The notes: generated by a model from the letters alone, not told the origin. A DNA stretch of 63,786 nucleotides from Paraspadella gotoi (GCA_051294375.1 CM119267.1:23781003-23844788), one strand, 5' to 3'; shown: positions 25,533 to 39,507, numbered from the stretch's first letter. Numbers and translations: made by a program.

Positions 25533-27259
25533 TCATTCATAGTCAAATTGTCAAATTAGGCAGTCAACAACAGGGCTTTCTGTTATTGACAGTTCTGATG
25601 TGGCGTGATTTAAATATCAGTGTTCTGTAAAAAAAAGTGCCCAATACCTAATGTGTTTTTTTTTTTTTTTTTTTGCCTACAAAAAAAACCCACTTTCTTG
25701 ATAAAATTAGAAGTTATCTTATAGCTGTAGTTAAGGATGCTACATTTTGACAACGCTTTTTACGTAAGAAAATTACACAAACTATAAGACACTTCACAGG
25801 CGCAAAGTACAATTTCGCCGCACATTTCAGTGTGCAGTCACACTTTTCGCTGAACACCGCACACTTTTTTGCCGGAGACTCTATTCGTAAATCCGCCACA
25901 ATTCGCTCGCGGCTCAACTGGACTCAAAGTCGATTCAATCCAATCCAATCCAATCCAATCCAACCGGGTCAATCCTAGACTCAACAGGGTGATCCCATAT
26001 CGTTGAGATTAAAGCGAATCTCCCTGTACTTTTCGTTCGCGTCGAACAAAGACATTCTGTTCTTCCATCCTTAAGTCGGTCTCACTGTAAGTCCTCTCCA
26101 GCCTAAGTCAATTTATTTNNNNNNNNNNNNNNNNNNNNNNNNNNNNNNNNNNNNNNNNNNNNNNNNNNNNNNNNNNNNNNNNNNNNNNNNNNNNNNNNNN
26201 NNNNNNNNNNNNNNNNNNNNNNNNNNNNNNNNNNNNNNNNNNNNNNNNNNNNNNNNNNNNNNNNNNNNNNNNNNNNNNNTCTCTCTCTCTCATATTACTG
26301 TCATCCACGGACGCCTGGTGACGTTATTGAGTGAAGATTATAACGTCATTAATGACGGATTTTGACGTCAACGAGGTTGACTCAACGACGACGCGAAAGT
26401 TGACGACAATAANNNNNNNNNNGACGTCCGTCCGGTAAATGATCTTGCGTCGTCTGTCTGGCGTATATTGACGACTCTTTGCGTCACTTGCCTTCCACCG
26501 GCATCTCTTGGCGCCATTCGGCGTCACCTGGCGTACCTTGGCGCCGCATGGCGTCTCCTCGTCTTGTCTTAACCTTGCGTCCTGGGTTCAAATCCCTGTC
26601 TATCCCGTTTTTGGCTTAAATGTAACGGAACCTTGTTTAAACATGCCAGTGACAAGATACGTTAACTTAGGGTCCGCAGTCCCAAACCCAGTCGGTTTGA
26701 TAACCCCGCGCAATCCCATCGTTGCCATAAGTGTGGAATCTTTTTCGAAATGAAAAGTTATATCTGCCGAGTGTTCATATTAGCTCAATTTATTCTCCAC
26801 TCACTCCGAGCACGCTCACAGTCTCTGACACGCGATTCTTATCGGCGACACGTTAGATCCGGCAGAACTTTCCGGCGCGTGATTTACCGTCACGCGTTAT
26901 CTCGAACGTCATTCCGGCATGAAAATCCCTAACTCTCTCGGCAAAGGAATCTCGGCACTCTCCCTTGGAATGTGAATACCGGGACTTTATACCGGTACTC
27001 TCTCCCGGTACTCTTTGTTGACATGGGATGACTATAACTTTCTCCCAGAACGCGATTTCCGGCACTCTGACTTTTTACCACCACGTAATTAACGGCATTC
27101 TCTCTCAGAACCCTCTCCCGATAGTTTCTCCTGGAACGCTCTCTCGGCACTTTCTCTCAGAACTCTCCTCCGGCACTTTCTCCCGGCACACTCTCTCTCT
27201 CTCTCTTAAAGTATTTTTTCCGGCACTTCACCTACGCAATCTCTCCCGACACTCTCTCT

Positions 27260-28081
27260 CGTCGTCTTTCGTTGTCTTTCTCTTTAGAGCCTTTTTATAA
27301 GTGTTTACAAACCAAAATTAAACTTTTTCTGGCATCTGACTATCCTGGTAAAAATGTTCTGCTCCATCGCAGTACAAATGCAACAAGTATATTGCTATAT
27401 AAACAGATTTAACGATTTCCACCAAAAATTTGACAGAAACGACATCAGCAACAATCAACAATCACATTTTTGACAATTTTATATCGACTGCTTGTAAAGC
27501 TCTTAATGTTAAAGCAAAACCAGGTTTCGGTGAATTTTTTTTTTCAGCTATCATTCGTGAACGAAAATAAAAATGTTTTTGAGTGAAATAAAGTTACTAA
27601 ACGAGAAATAACATTTGTTTAATTATGCAATTGGTAAAAATACTCCTCAAATTAGATTAAAGACTCCTCAATTGGATTAAATACTCCTCAATTAGATTAA
27701 ATGCTCCTCAAATTGGATTAAATGCTCCTCAAATTGAATATAAGTTGATCTTGTCATTTATTGAATTTACGTAAATACTACTCTTTGACGAAAATGGTTC
27801 TGCAGGCGCAGTGATCTCGGATCAGGCCTGTTCATATCGTATCAGGCAAACGATGGAAGGCCTGATTCGAACGAGTCAATCCGAAAAAAAAGTAAAAAAA
27901 CTCAACTTCGAGCATAAATGTTGGCTCCTTACGATCTTTTGAATATTTCCAAGTAAACAATATAAACGAAGAGAAGAGAGAGAGAGATAGAGAGAGAGAA
28001 GAGAGAGAGAGAGGAGAGAGAGAGAAAACTCGGTTGCAGTTTTCCTCAGGTGATCTTATTTTCAATGAGAAACGAGTAATC

Positions 28082-28160
<79 letters not shown>

Positions 28161-29330
28161 CTCAGGACGCATCAACAATCCAATTTTCCCTCTCGTTTTT
28201 TATGTCGACTTCTCGGAGCCAAAAGTTCCAAAGAGACAGAGAGAAGACACACAGAGAGAAAGAGAGAGAGAGAGAGAGCGCTCAGATGGCGCTGTTGACG
28301 CAACTGCGCCATTTACCTTCGCGTCGGTGAGAGTTTCCTTTTAATTTAAATTTTGTAAAATCGTTCAGATCCAGGTTCGTGAAATCCAAGTATATCTGTC
28401 AGAATAAAAGCCTTCCCCCTGGTGGTGGCGGGGGCGACGCTGGGGGTCATACCTAGGGATAGCCAAAAAACTATATACCTAGGTGTGCCCCTTCTTTCGC
28501 CAAAAGGGGAAGCCTTTTTGAGCTACGGTATATCTTATCCAGTTCGTGGGCAAGTTGTGAAGGAATAATGACATTGGATGCTCATGTTGAATGCTGAATA
28601 CTGAATGCTCAATGTTGAATGCTAAATACTGAATGCTCAATGTTGAATGGTGATTTACTGAATGCTCAATGTGAATGCTGAATACTGAATGCTCAATGTT
28701 GAATGCTGAATACTGAATGTTCAATGTTGAATGCTGAATACTGAACGTTCAAGTTGAATGCTAAATACCTAACGCGGAATGCTAATGGAATAATGGTTGT
28801 GATCGTTTCTTAAGATATGACAATTATTTATTTATTTCAAATCGGGGATTTAAAGTATTTATCTACTTGGATATCTTTGTCTTTTCCTATTTTTTTTTTA
28901 TTTATTTATCTATTTATATCTATTTTTATTCAGTATTTATTTCCTTCTCTTCCGACATTTCGATCCAAACGTTTTCCTAATTTTCTCACAGGATCTTCTT
29001 CTGTCGTATCAAAAAGTTCGCGGATCTCACAGGGAAAAAATACACAATTACTTGTCGAGAGGAAAAAAAATCCAAGGAGGAAAACATCTTTATAGATATA
29101 AAGAAGACAGAGGGAGAGAGGGAGAGAGGGAAGAGAGGGAGAAAGAAATCGAGTAAACCGACGTCTCTCTATCTCTTTTTTTTTCCTTTCTTTTTTTTTC
29201 CTTTCTTTCTTTTTTTTCTCTTTTTCTATCTTTCTCTGAACTTTATTACTTTTTAGTTTTTTTACAAAGGTTTATTCTTTCTTTCTTTCTTTATTTCCTT
29301 CTTTTCCTACCGCATATCTTTCTTTCTAAA

Positions 29331-29376
<46 letters not shown>

Positions 29377-30968
29377 CTCACACATCCTGTCTGTAGGAAT
29401 GGAATCTTCTTAATGAAGAATTTATCGGCCCGCCGCACACATCTTTGTCGGTGGTTCTCGAGGGAAAGGAAGAGTAAGGCATGTGGGGAAAATGTAGTGT
29501 GGGCAAAGTTTGGATGTGGGTGATAAGAAGAGAAAATTGTAAGTATTATCACGCTTAAAAAAGGGTTCTATCTAGAAAGTTTACCATGATAAGCATAACA
29601 CTGAGAATAGGCTGACAAATTAGTTTGAGAATAGGCTGACATATTAGTTTTTAAAATAGGCTGACATTTGAGTTTTGGACTTTTGTGGTTGAGTTGTGGC
29701 GAAGGTGGTGGGATTTTTTGTGGCAAAGGATTTGTTTTGTCGCAATTGATTGAGAAAACGTTTGAATTTAATCGAATGGGCGTCTCGAGGGAAACAAAGT
29801 GGTGTAAGAGGAAAGGGAAAGACAAAAGGGGAAGAAAAGGAAAGAAGCAAAAGAAGAAAGGAAAGGAAAAAGAGAAAGAAAGAAAGGGAAAAAAACAGAG
29901 TGAGAAAAAAGAAGAGAAAGGCTAAGGGAATGGGAAAAAAGGACTCTGTGTTGCGTAGCAGTAATTTTATTTTTAACGTGTATTCCCTCTGTGATCACAC
30001 GACTAATGACATGACATGAATGAAACTTGACTACAATAACTTCTTAGCCTGTGTATTTATAACACGCACTGCATCGGAATTTCGTCTTTTGATTCTTATA
30101 GTTTTAGGATTTCCTGGAGGCGGCGCTAGTAGTCACTTAAATTGAGGATTTTTCCCTATAACAAATGAGCAACTAAAACTAGAGCGAGTTATGAGTATTT
30201 AACGTTAGTGGGACAGACATACTACCAACCGATCGACAGATCGACAAAGCGACCGAAAGTGATCATAGAGAACTCGCGCGTAGTGATTAGAAGAAGCAGA
30301 TAATGAAAACAATTCAAAGATGAAATTGAAAAGGAATGGAAAAGAAAGAAAAAGAAAGAGAAAAATAAAAAAAGAAAATAATGTGTACTTCAGCGTGTGA
30401 CTTAAATCTCATGAATATTTTCATTTAAATTCAACAAAAAATTGTTCTTTGATCTCAAATACCTGATCTCTTAGGGCTGTCGGGACTCTATGAATATCTG
30501 TAAGTAACGTGATTAAGTTTTCATAAAGTGAATTTCGAAAAGTGTTTTTATATTTTCTCTTTTTTTTCCTACGGCTACTATTTTAAAATTTAAATCTATT
30601 ACAAACATTCTTGGACGAAATAAGACTCTTTGATAATCAGTCAATCATTCGATCAATCAATCTATGCAAAATCAAATAATCAATCTCAGATCATCAATCA
30701 ATGATAATTCAGGCGTCGACCGATGCTGAGGAAATATCAAACCACCAAATTTCGGCCTGGTTAATGTCTATCCAACGCACGCCTGATCAACTTCTGGCTG
30801 ACGACATCCACTTCACCAGGAAATCCAACAGGCGCTCGTTGGCCGTTGTGATGGTCAGTCAGGTCCTACAGAGGAGGAAAGTTCCGGCTCTAGAAAAACC
30901 AGTCACGGCGATCCCGAGGGACCCGATCGCGCATAATAAATGAAGTCCTGGGTCCGAGATAGGCGTCG

Positions 30969-31033
<65 letters not shown>

Positions 31034-31125
31034 GTCTTTCCTTTTCTAACTGAGGCCATCTCTTATTTGGTCTGCGAAACTGGCCAAAAGTTCAATTTTC
31101 TTTCTCTCTCCTCTCTTCTCCTCTC

Positions 31126-31156
<31 letters not shown>

Positions 31157-33200
31157 CTCTCTCTCTCTCTTCTCTTTCTTCCGCTCGACTCGTCAATATT
31201 TTCCTGTTTTTCTCACGAAAACGAATAAAAAAAAAAAATCAAAAATTAAAGAAAGAATCGTTTCTTAGAAATAATGAGAATTCGGTCTCGTGACGTCTCT
31301 GGAGGCAAAGAATTCTTCTCCTCGGACGTCAATGACAAATAAGTCTTTCGTCCGTTTTATTTCTCGTTTTCTTCTTCTTCTTCTTCGTCTGTTTGTTGTT
31401 GTTGGGTTGGTTGTTCGTCTCTCTCGTCTCTCTCTCTCTCTCTTCTTTCTCTCTCTCTCTCTCTCTCTCTCTCCTCTCTTCCTCTCTCTCTCTCTTTCTT
31501 CTCTTTTCTCTCTCTCTCTCTCTGCTTTCTTAGTTAATCGATACAGTTTAACTGAAATTGCCGTTGGCATTTCAATTGACCAGAGAAGAAAGAGTGAAGA
31601 GAGAGAAAGAGAGAGAGAAGAGAAAAGAAGAGAGAGGAGTCATTCATAGTCAAATTGTCAAATTAGGCAGGTCAAACAAGCAGGGCTTTTTCCTCGTTAT
31701 TGACAGTCTGATGTGCGTGATTTAAAATATCAGTGTTCTGTAAAAAGTGCCCAAATACCTTAATGTGTTTTTTTTTTTTTTTTTTTTTTTGCCTACAAAA
31801 AAAAAACCCACTTTCTTGATAAAATTAAAGTTATCTATAGCTGTAGTTAAGGATGCTACATTTTGACAACGCTTTTTACGTAAGAAAATTACACAAATAA
31901 TAAGACCTTCACAGGCCGCAATGTACAAGTTCGCCGCACATTCTCAAAGTGTGCAGTCACACTTTTCGCTGAACACCGCACACTTTTTGCCGGAGACTCT
32001 ATTCGTAAAATGCCGCCACAATTCGCTCGCGGCTCAACTGGACTCAAAGTCGATTCAATCCAATCCAATCCAATCCAATCCAACGCGGGTCAATCCTAGA
32101 CGTCAACAGGGTGATCCATATCGTTGAGATTACAAGCGAATCTCCTGTACTTTTCGTTTCGCGTCGAACAAAGAACATTCTGTCTTCCATCCTTAAGTCG
32201 GTCTCACTGTATAGTCCTCTCCAGCCTAAGTCAATTTATTTCGCTCTCTCTCTCTCTCTCTCTCTCTCTGCTCTCTCTCTCTCTCCATCTCTCTCTCTCT
32301 CTCATCCTCTCTCTTTCTCTCTCTCTCTCAATATTACTGTCATCCACGACGCCTGGTGACGTTTATTGGTGAAGATTATAACGTCATTAATGACGGATGT
32401 TTGACGTCAAACGAGGTTTGACTCACGACGACGCGAAAGTTGACGACAATAACGACGAAAACGACGTCGTCCGCATGGCGTCTCCTCGTCTTGTTCTTAA
32501 CCTTGCGTCTGGGTTCAAAATCCCTGGTCTATCCGCGTTTTTGGCTAAATGTAACGGAACCTGTTTAAAACATGCAAGTGGACAAGATACGTTAAACTTA
32601 GGGTGCCGCAGTCCCAAACCCAGTCGGTTTGAATAACCCGCGCAATCCATCGTTGCCATAATGCTGGATCTTTTTCGAAATGAAAGTTATATCTGCCGAG
32701 TGTTCATATTAGCTCAATTTATTCTCCACTCACTCCGAGCACGCTCACAGTCTCTGACACGCGATCTTATCGGCGACACGTTAGATCCGGCATGAACTTT
32801 CCGCGCGTGATTTACCGTACGCCGTTTATTCGAAACGTCATTCCGCGGCATGAAAAATCCCTAAACTCTCTCGCAAAGGAATCTCGGCACTCTCCCTTGG
32901 AATGTGAATACCGGGACTTTATACCCGGTACTCTCTCCCGGTACTCTTTTGTTGACATGGATGACTATAGACTTTCTCCCAGAACGCGATTTCCGGCACT
33001 CTGACTTTTTAACAACCAACGTAATTAACGCGCATTCTCTCATCAGAACACCTCTCCCGATAGTTTCCTGGAACGCTCTCTCGCCCTTTCTCTCAGAAGC
33101 TCTCCGTCCGGCACTTTCTCCCGACACTCTCTTCCTCTCTCTGCTTAAAAGATATTTTTCCGGCACTTAACCTACGAACTCTCTCCGCGACACTCTCTCT
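27260..33200 (+). repeat. Copy 2 of ~6.1 kb tandem duplication (indel-rich, spans the N gaps of copy 1)
   Basis: Colinear with 21094-27259, differing mostly by 1-bp indels, with sequence where copy 1 has Ns. Confidence 0.92.
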
Positions 33201-33664
33201 CTCCGGCAGCATTTCCCGGCACTCAATTTTCTGTCTCTCCCCGCACGCCGTGGGTTTTACGACCGGAAGTTGGCGCGACGCCGGAACGAAAAGACGCGGA
33301 GTCAGCGAATAAGCGTTTGGTTTTTGATTGAGGGGAGGCGAAGGGGGGAGAGAGGGGGGGGCAGGAGAGGGGGGTAGAGAGGGGAGAGAAATAGTGGGGG
33401 AGAAAAGGGGAGGAGGGAAAGGGAGAAGGGGAGGGAAGAGTGGTAGAAGTTGAGAGAAAAAGAGCGAGAAGAGATGCGAGAGAAGAGAATAAAAGAGAGA
33501 AAAGAAGGAGTAATACAGTGATGACATTAATTTATTAAATACATTTTTATGCAATATAAATTAATTCCGCTGAAACTTCACCCCCTCCGTTAATTTAAAA
33601 GGGAGAGAGGGAGCGAAAGGATTAGAAGTAAGAGTAGANNNNNNNNNNNNNNNNNNNNNNNNNG

Positions 33665-33990
33665 AGTAGAAGTGGAATATTAATTGAGGGAGAATGAGGA
33701 AAGGGGGAAAAGTAAAAGTAAAAATTAAGGAAAGGAGAAATAAAGCGAGGGAGAATGAGGAAAGGGGGAAATGTAGGAGTGAAAATTAAGGAAAGGAGAA
33801 ATAAAGGGAGGGAGAATGAGGAAAGGGGGAAAAGTAGGAGTGAAAATTAAGGAAAGGAGAAATAAAGGGACGGAGAATGAGGAAAGGGGGAAAAGTAGGA
33901 GTGAAAATTAAGGAAAGGAGAAATAAAGGGAGGGAGAATGAGGAAAGGGGAAAAAGTAGAAGTGGAAATTAAGGAAAGTGAAAATTAAGG
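33665..33990 (+). repeat. ~61-bp purine-rich minisatellite x~5
   Basis: aaaattaaggaaaggagaaataaagggagggagaatgaggaaagggggaaaagtaggagtg repeated. Confidence 0.9.
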
Positions 33991-34934
33991 GAGGGATAAA
34001 AAAAAAAATAGGAGTGGAGTAATGAGTGAAGGAAACCAAGTGGAAGATTGAAAATTGCTGAGGCGGATTCCGTTGTGGGGGGAAGGGAAAGGAAAAATGG
34101 AGGAAGGGAGGAAAGAAGGGAGGAGAGAGGCAGTAGGGAGGGAAGGAGAGAGGGAGGAAAGAAGGGAGAAAGGAAGGAAGGAAGGAACAACAACTAAAAA
34201 ATATAAAAATGGTCTGTTTAAAAGAGAAATAGAAAAATACGTGGCAAAATTGAAAAGAGGATAAAACAGATAGTAAAATATAAAAGAAAAAAAAAGAAAA
34301 AAGAAAAAAGAAGAAAAAATATAAAAATGCGATTGAATGTGACAGGAAAAGAATCAAGGAATTGAGAGAGAGACTTTTGGAGGAGGAAAAAGTAATAAGA
34401 GAACGAGAGATCCTCTTGTTCTTTTTTTTTCTTTCTTCTTCTTCCTCTTCTTCCTCCTCCTCCTCCTCCTCTTTCCTTCCGCGTCTCCAATAACATTCCA
34501 GACTCTTTTTTTTCTTTCCTTCTTCTCAGTTTTCCATCAAAATTCGGATCAAAAAAGTTCTTTCTGGGCGCTAAGTGGAAAGAAAGAAAGTGGGAAGGAA
34601 AGAAGGATGGAAAGAAAGTATGAAGACAAAAAATAAAGTATGAATGAAGAAATGAAAGGAGAGAAAGAAAGAAAGAAAGTATGAGAAGAGAAAAAACGAA
34701 AGATGATAAGAAATAAAGTTGGAAACAAGTTTGAGCAAACAATGTCGGATCTGCCTACGATAATTTAGTGTGGTAATCAGCTATTCTGATGATAGATCAC
34801 GTCAATTCTTTCTGACTTTCAATTTGTGATCTTAACAGATCATAACAAATCTTAACATAACAAATCATGACATACCTCTGTATAAATCTACGAAAAAATC
34901 TTTAAATCAATTGATCTGCTGCGCCAATAATAAC

Positions 34935-35125
34935 TAGCATAATTTGGTCAACTTATATATTTTGGTCAACTTGCTTTATTTGGTCAACTTATTTAATTTG
35001 GTCACCTTTCATAATTTGAATCAACTGGCATGAATTTGGTCAAGCTGGCAATAAATTTAGTCAATTGACATAATTTGGTCAACAGCATAATTTGGTCCAC
35101 TAGTCAAATAAATTTGGTCACTGGC
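34935..35125 (+). repeat. Degenerate ~20-bp minisatellite (cataatttggtcaac core)
   Basis: About ten tttggtca-like motifs in tandem. Confidence 0.75.
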
Positions 35126-36347
35126 ATTTCATCTCAAATAATCCAATTAATTGTGAATAATTTGAATAATTGTGAAGTAAGATATAATTAAAAACATTTT
35201 AAAAAGTCACTTTGTTTTTATATTTAAACTCATTTCCACTCCGCATCATTCCTTCAAAAATTTATATCGCAGCTCAATCACACAGATTCTAAACCAGACA
35301 CTAAATTTCAGCTAAATCCATCCATCCAATTATGATTAATTATAGTTAATGTAAGTAAAAAGATTCAAGTAAATGTGACTTATGTTTTTTTCCATTTAAA
35401 CTCATTTCCACTCGCACGATTCCATCGAAACTTTATATCCAGCTTCGTCACACAATTTTCCAACCACACACAAAATTTCATTTCAATCCATCCATACAAT
35501 CACGAGTAATTGGAGACAGACAGACAGACAGACAGTCAGATTTAGGGGGGACCGACGGACCGACAAAGTAGATTATAGAGTCGGGATCTGCTAAAAAAGC
35601 GATAAGGAAAAAAAGAGACAAACACATAAAGAAAGAGAGTGAAAATGAAAAGCAAGCAAACAGGGAAAAAAAAAAATCAATCAATATAAAACGTGTTCAA
35701 TCAATATATCAACGAAAAAACACAATCCAAACAAACAAGCAAAACTTTAAAAAAAAACCGCGCGAAAATTCTCAGATAAAAAAAATCGATCAGAGAGAAA
35801 AAAACAACAAAAAATTCCATATGGAATCGAATCATTTTTTCTTTTTTTTGGCTGCCAGAGATTTTTTCTTTCTTTTTCCTTTTATCTTCTTTCTTTTATT
35901 TATTTTTTTTTTTGCTCTTTTGTTTGTCGGTTTTTATGTCGTCACTAAAACCAACTTTTTTAGTCCCGTCGCGGGTAAACCATTGTACAACNNNNNNNNN
36001 NNNNNNNNNNNNNNNNNNNNNNNNNNNNNNNNNNNNNNNNNNNNNNNNNNNNNNNNNNNNNNNNNNNNNNNNNNNNNNNNNNNNNNNNNNNNNNNNNNNN
36101 NNNNNNNNNNNNNNNNNNNNNNNNNNNNNNNNNNNNNNNNNNNNNNNNNNNNNNNNNNNNNNNNNNNNNNNNNNNNNNNNNNNNNNNNNNNNNNNNNNNN
36201 NNNNNNNNNNNNNNNNNNNNNNNNNNNNNNNNNNNNNNNNNNNNNNNNNNNNNNNNNNNNNNNNNNNNNNNNNNNGTGGGCGACCTCTACCGGAGGCGTC
36301 GTCGCCATCTTGAGAGTCAGGACCTTTAGCTCGTTCCATTTTCTCAG

Positions 36348-36409
36348 GAGTCGACGATGACGACGGTGACGATGACGATGATGATGATGAAAACGACAAA
36401 GATAGGGAA

Positions 36410-36467
<58 letters not shown>

Positions 36468-36490
36468 GTGAAGTTATAGATCAAGATTGA
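36348..36490 (+). CDS. Candidate Asp-rich terminal exon or plain (GAT)n microsatellite
   Basis: Acceptor-like cattttctcag ending 36347, then VDDDDGDDDDDDDENDKDREDD...GEVIDQD-stop. Interruptions of the repeat keep the frame. Confidence 0.25.
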
Positions 36491-38127
36491 TGAAAATGGG
36501 TCCACAAATGAAATAAGTTGCGCTAAATGGACGGCGCCAAATGGCCAGCGCGAGAATGCGTGACGCGCCACCGTGACGCGCCATCTTGACGCGACACCGT
36601 AACGCGTCACATTGACGTGCCCGCGCGACGTCTTTTACTCGCGTCTCAGCTTCCGAGTTGATTCTTTCTGTTGGATTCTCATTTGAATGGATTTAATATC
36701 ATTTGTTACTAAAATAATTATGAAATACCTATATTTAGTTTAAAATTTTTATCATATTTTAATCAAAATCCTATTCGTTCCATTTTTCTCTTATTTCATA
36801 TCTTAATCTTATTTCGTTTCTAATTTCCTCTTCCTCTTCCTCTTCCTCTTCCTTCTCAGTTGCTACTTNNNNNNNNNNNNNNNNNNNNNNNNNNNNNNNN
36901 NNNNNNNNNNNNNNNNNNNNNNNNNNNNNNNNNNNNNNNNNNNNNNNNNNNNNNNNNNNNNNNNNNNNNNNNNNNNNNNNNNNNNNNNNNNNNNNNNNNN
37001 NNNNNNNNNNNNNNNNNNNNNNNNNNNNNNNNNNNNNNNNNNNNNNNNNNNNNNNNNNNNNNNNNNNNNNNNNNNNNNNNNNNNNNNNNNNNNNNNNNNN
37101 NNNNNNNNNNNNNNNNNNNNNNNNNNNNNNNNNNNNNNNNNNNNNNNNNNNNNNNNNNNNNNNNNNNNNNNNNNNNNNNNNNNNNNNNNNNNNNNNNNNN
37201 NNNNNNNNNNNNNNNNNNNNNNNNNNNNNNNNNNNNTTTTCTTTTTCTTTTCTTTTTCTTTTCTTTTTCCCGCCAAAAAATGAAAAATATGGAATTTTAT
37301 TTCTTTCTCGTCGACGAATCTTTATAGGTTTTCATTTCTTCCTACGCAACTCGAGAAGACTATTTTTTAGTCGGTCGGTCCTTTTCTCCATTAATCTTTC
37401 AATGTTTTTAAAACTGTTTGTATGTATATCTGTCGGTAAATCTGGCTTTCAATTTGCTTTGGTGGCTGAGTATGACAGTACGCTAAATTAAGTAAAATCA
37501 GTGATGTTTATTTTCTCCGAACAAACGGAAATGATTTCAACATTCCGTAAAAATTCCAAAAAAACAAACATAGTCGAAGACTTAAGCATTTTTTGTAACC
37601 TAGAAAGTCAATGCAACGTTTTAGTTTTCTGTATTTTTTACTTTTTTTTCTTGTCCCGTTTCATTCCTCAATTGTTTGTTCTGTTTCATTCTTCCATTTA
37701 ATGTCCTATTTCATTCCATTTGGTGCCCAATCCATTTCTCCTTTTTTTGTTTCATTTTTCCATTTTTTGTCCTGTTTCATTTTTCAATTAAATGTCCTAT
37801 TTCATTCCGTTTGGTGTCCAATCAATTTCTCCATTTTTGTCAACAAAAAAAGTCATCCCTTTGTTTTTCTCATTCATTTGTCCATTTTATATCCCAGATT
37901 TTGCCATCATTTTTTATATCACAATATAATACAATATTAGTATTTAAGTTTATTCCTTTTTTCCGTTCGTTCTGGCCCGTGACTGTTTTGTCGTTGTGGC
38001 TTCTGTCAGTTGTTATGTAAGTTTGTTATGTTTATTATGTTTGTTTGTTTGTTGTTTTAGTTAGTTTCCCTATTCATCCTTCGACGCCTAAATATGTCAC
38101 TTTTATGCTCTCGTTTGATTCAAAAGA

Positions 38128-38420
38128 TTTTTGCATTCTCTTCTTGGCATTCTCTTTTGCATTCTCTTCTTGGCGTTCTCTTTTGCATTCTTCTTGGCAT
38201 TCTCTTTTGCATTCTCTTCTTGGCATTCTCTTTTGCATTCTTCTTGGCATTCTCTTTTGCATTCTCTTCTTGGCATTCTCTTTTGCATTCTCTTCTTGAA
38301 ATTCTCTTTTGCATTCTCTTCTTGGCATTCTCTTTTACATTCTCTTCTTGGCATTCTCCTTTGCATTCTCTTAATGCATTCTCTTTTACATTCTTCTTGG
38401 CATTATCTTGTACATTCTCT
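38128..38420 (+). repeat. ~26-bp minisatellite (ttcttggcattctcttttgcattctc) x~10
   Basis: Direct reading; explains the overlapping repetitive ORFs in the track. Confidence 0.9.
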
Positions 38421-38603
38421 TTTTTATTCCTCTTTGTATTATCTTTTGCATTCCTTTTTACTTTCTTGTTTGCATTCTTTTTTATTCAGTCTTGTTTTCC
38501 TCTTTCTTTGGAAAAGGCCCGGCGTTCGGCGCGCCCGGCTTAATCGTGACGATTCTGCCAGTTGGCGTCTGTCCGTCATTTTTGTCAGTTCGCCCACGCT
38601 CTT

Positions 38604-38636
<33 letters not shown>

Positions 38637-39507
38637 NNNNNNNNNNNNNNNNNNNNNNNNNNNNNNNNNNNNNNNNNNNNNNNNNNNNNNNNNNNNNNNN
38701 NNNNNNNNNNNNNNNNNNNNNNNNNNNNNNNNNNNNNNNNNNNNNNNNNNNNNNNNNNNNNNNNNNNNNNNNNNNNNNNNNNNNNNNNNNNNCTTTTCCT
38801 TTCTTTTCCTTTCTTTTCCTTTCTTTTCTTTCCTTCTCCTTTCTTTTCCTTTCTTTTCCTCTTTTCTCCTTTGTTTTTTTTTCATCTCAAACAAAGACCT
38901 ACTTTTTCAATTAGACATATTTTTTCTTTCACTCAATATTAATGTATGAAATTGGTACAACCAATATAAAAATTCTCCATTCATTTAATAAATAAGCTAT
39001 TTTGTCCCTGACTTTGGACAGGATTTGGTGGTTTAAGGCCTCCATCACACTTACAAGATATATTCGTTTTCATCATTTCTAACATTAAAACATCAACAAA
39101 GAGATTAAGTATTTACTATTCACTACAAAATTTTAATATGAAAAAATTATCCATTCATTTTATAGATATCTTGCTACTGACTTTGGACAATGAACAATTG
39201 GACAGGACATGCTATGATGGTTTAAGGCCTCAATCCCTCTTAAAGCATAAATACATAGTAGGACCCCGAAAACATTTAATCAAAACTCTCTCACTGTCAA
39301 GTTTATTAACTTCCCTATTAATGAAGTGGTGTAATGAAACCAGTATGTCAATAAACCTTTTCATTTATATAAAATAATATGTTTAAGCCACTCATTCATC
39401 TCTTAACATCCTCACTGATATTTTCTCTCACCTTCTCTCTAATCCCTGTTCTTTTTAGTTCTCCTATCAAATTTCCTCTTAAAGAATAAACACACAAAAA
39501 AACAAAG

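Larger units (their letters stand above)
21094..27259 (+). repeat. Copy 1 of ~6.1 kb tandem duplication
   Basis: cgttgtctttctctttagagcctttttataag at ~21103 and ~27270; colinear landmarks throughout. Confidence 0.92.

Noticed and set aside
26570-26610. tRNA gene
   Set aside because: Only a B-box/T-arm-like motif; no acceptor stem, D-arm or anticodon arm found.
38045-38543. Repetitive ORFs on both strands (MPRRECKREC...)
   Set aside because: Products of a 26-bp minisatellite, open in many frames with no coding signal.
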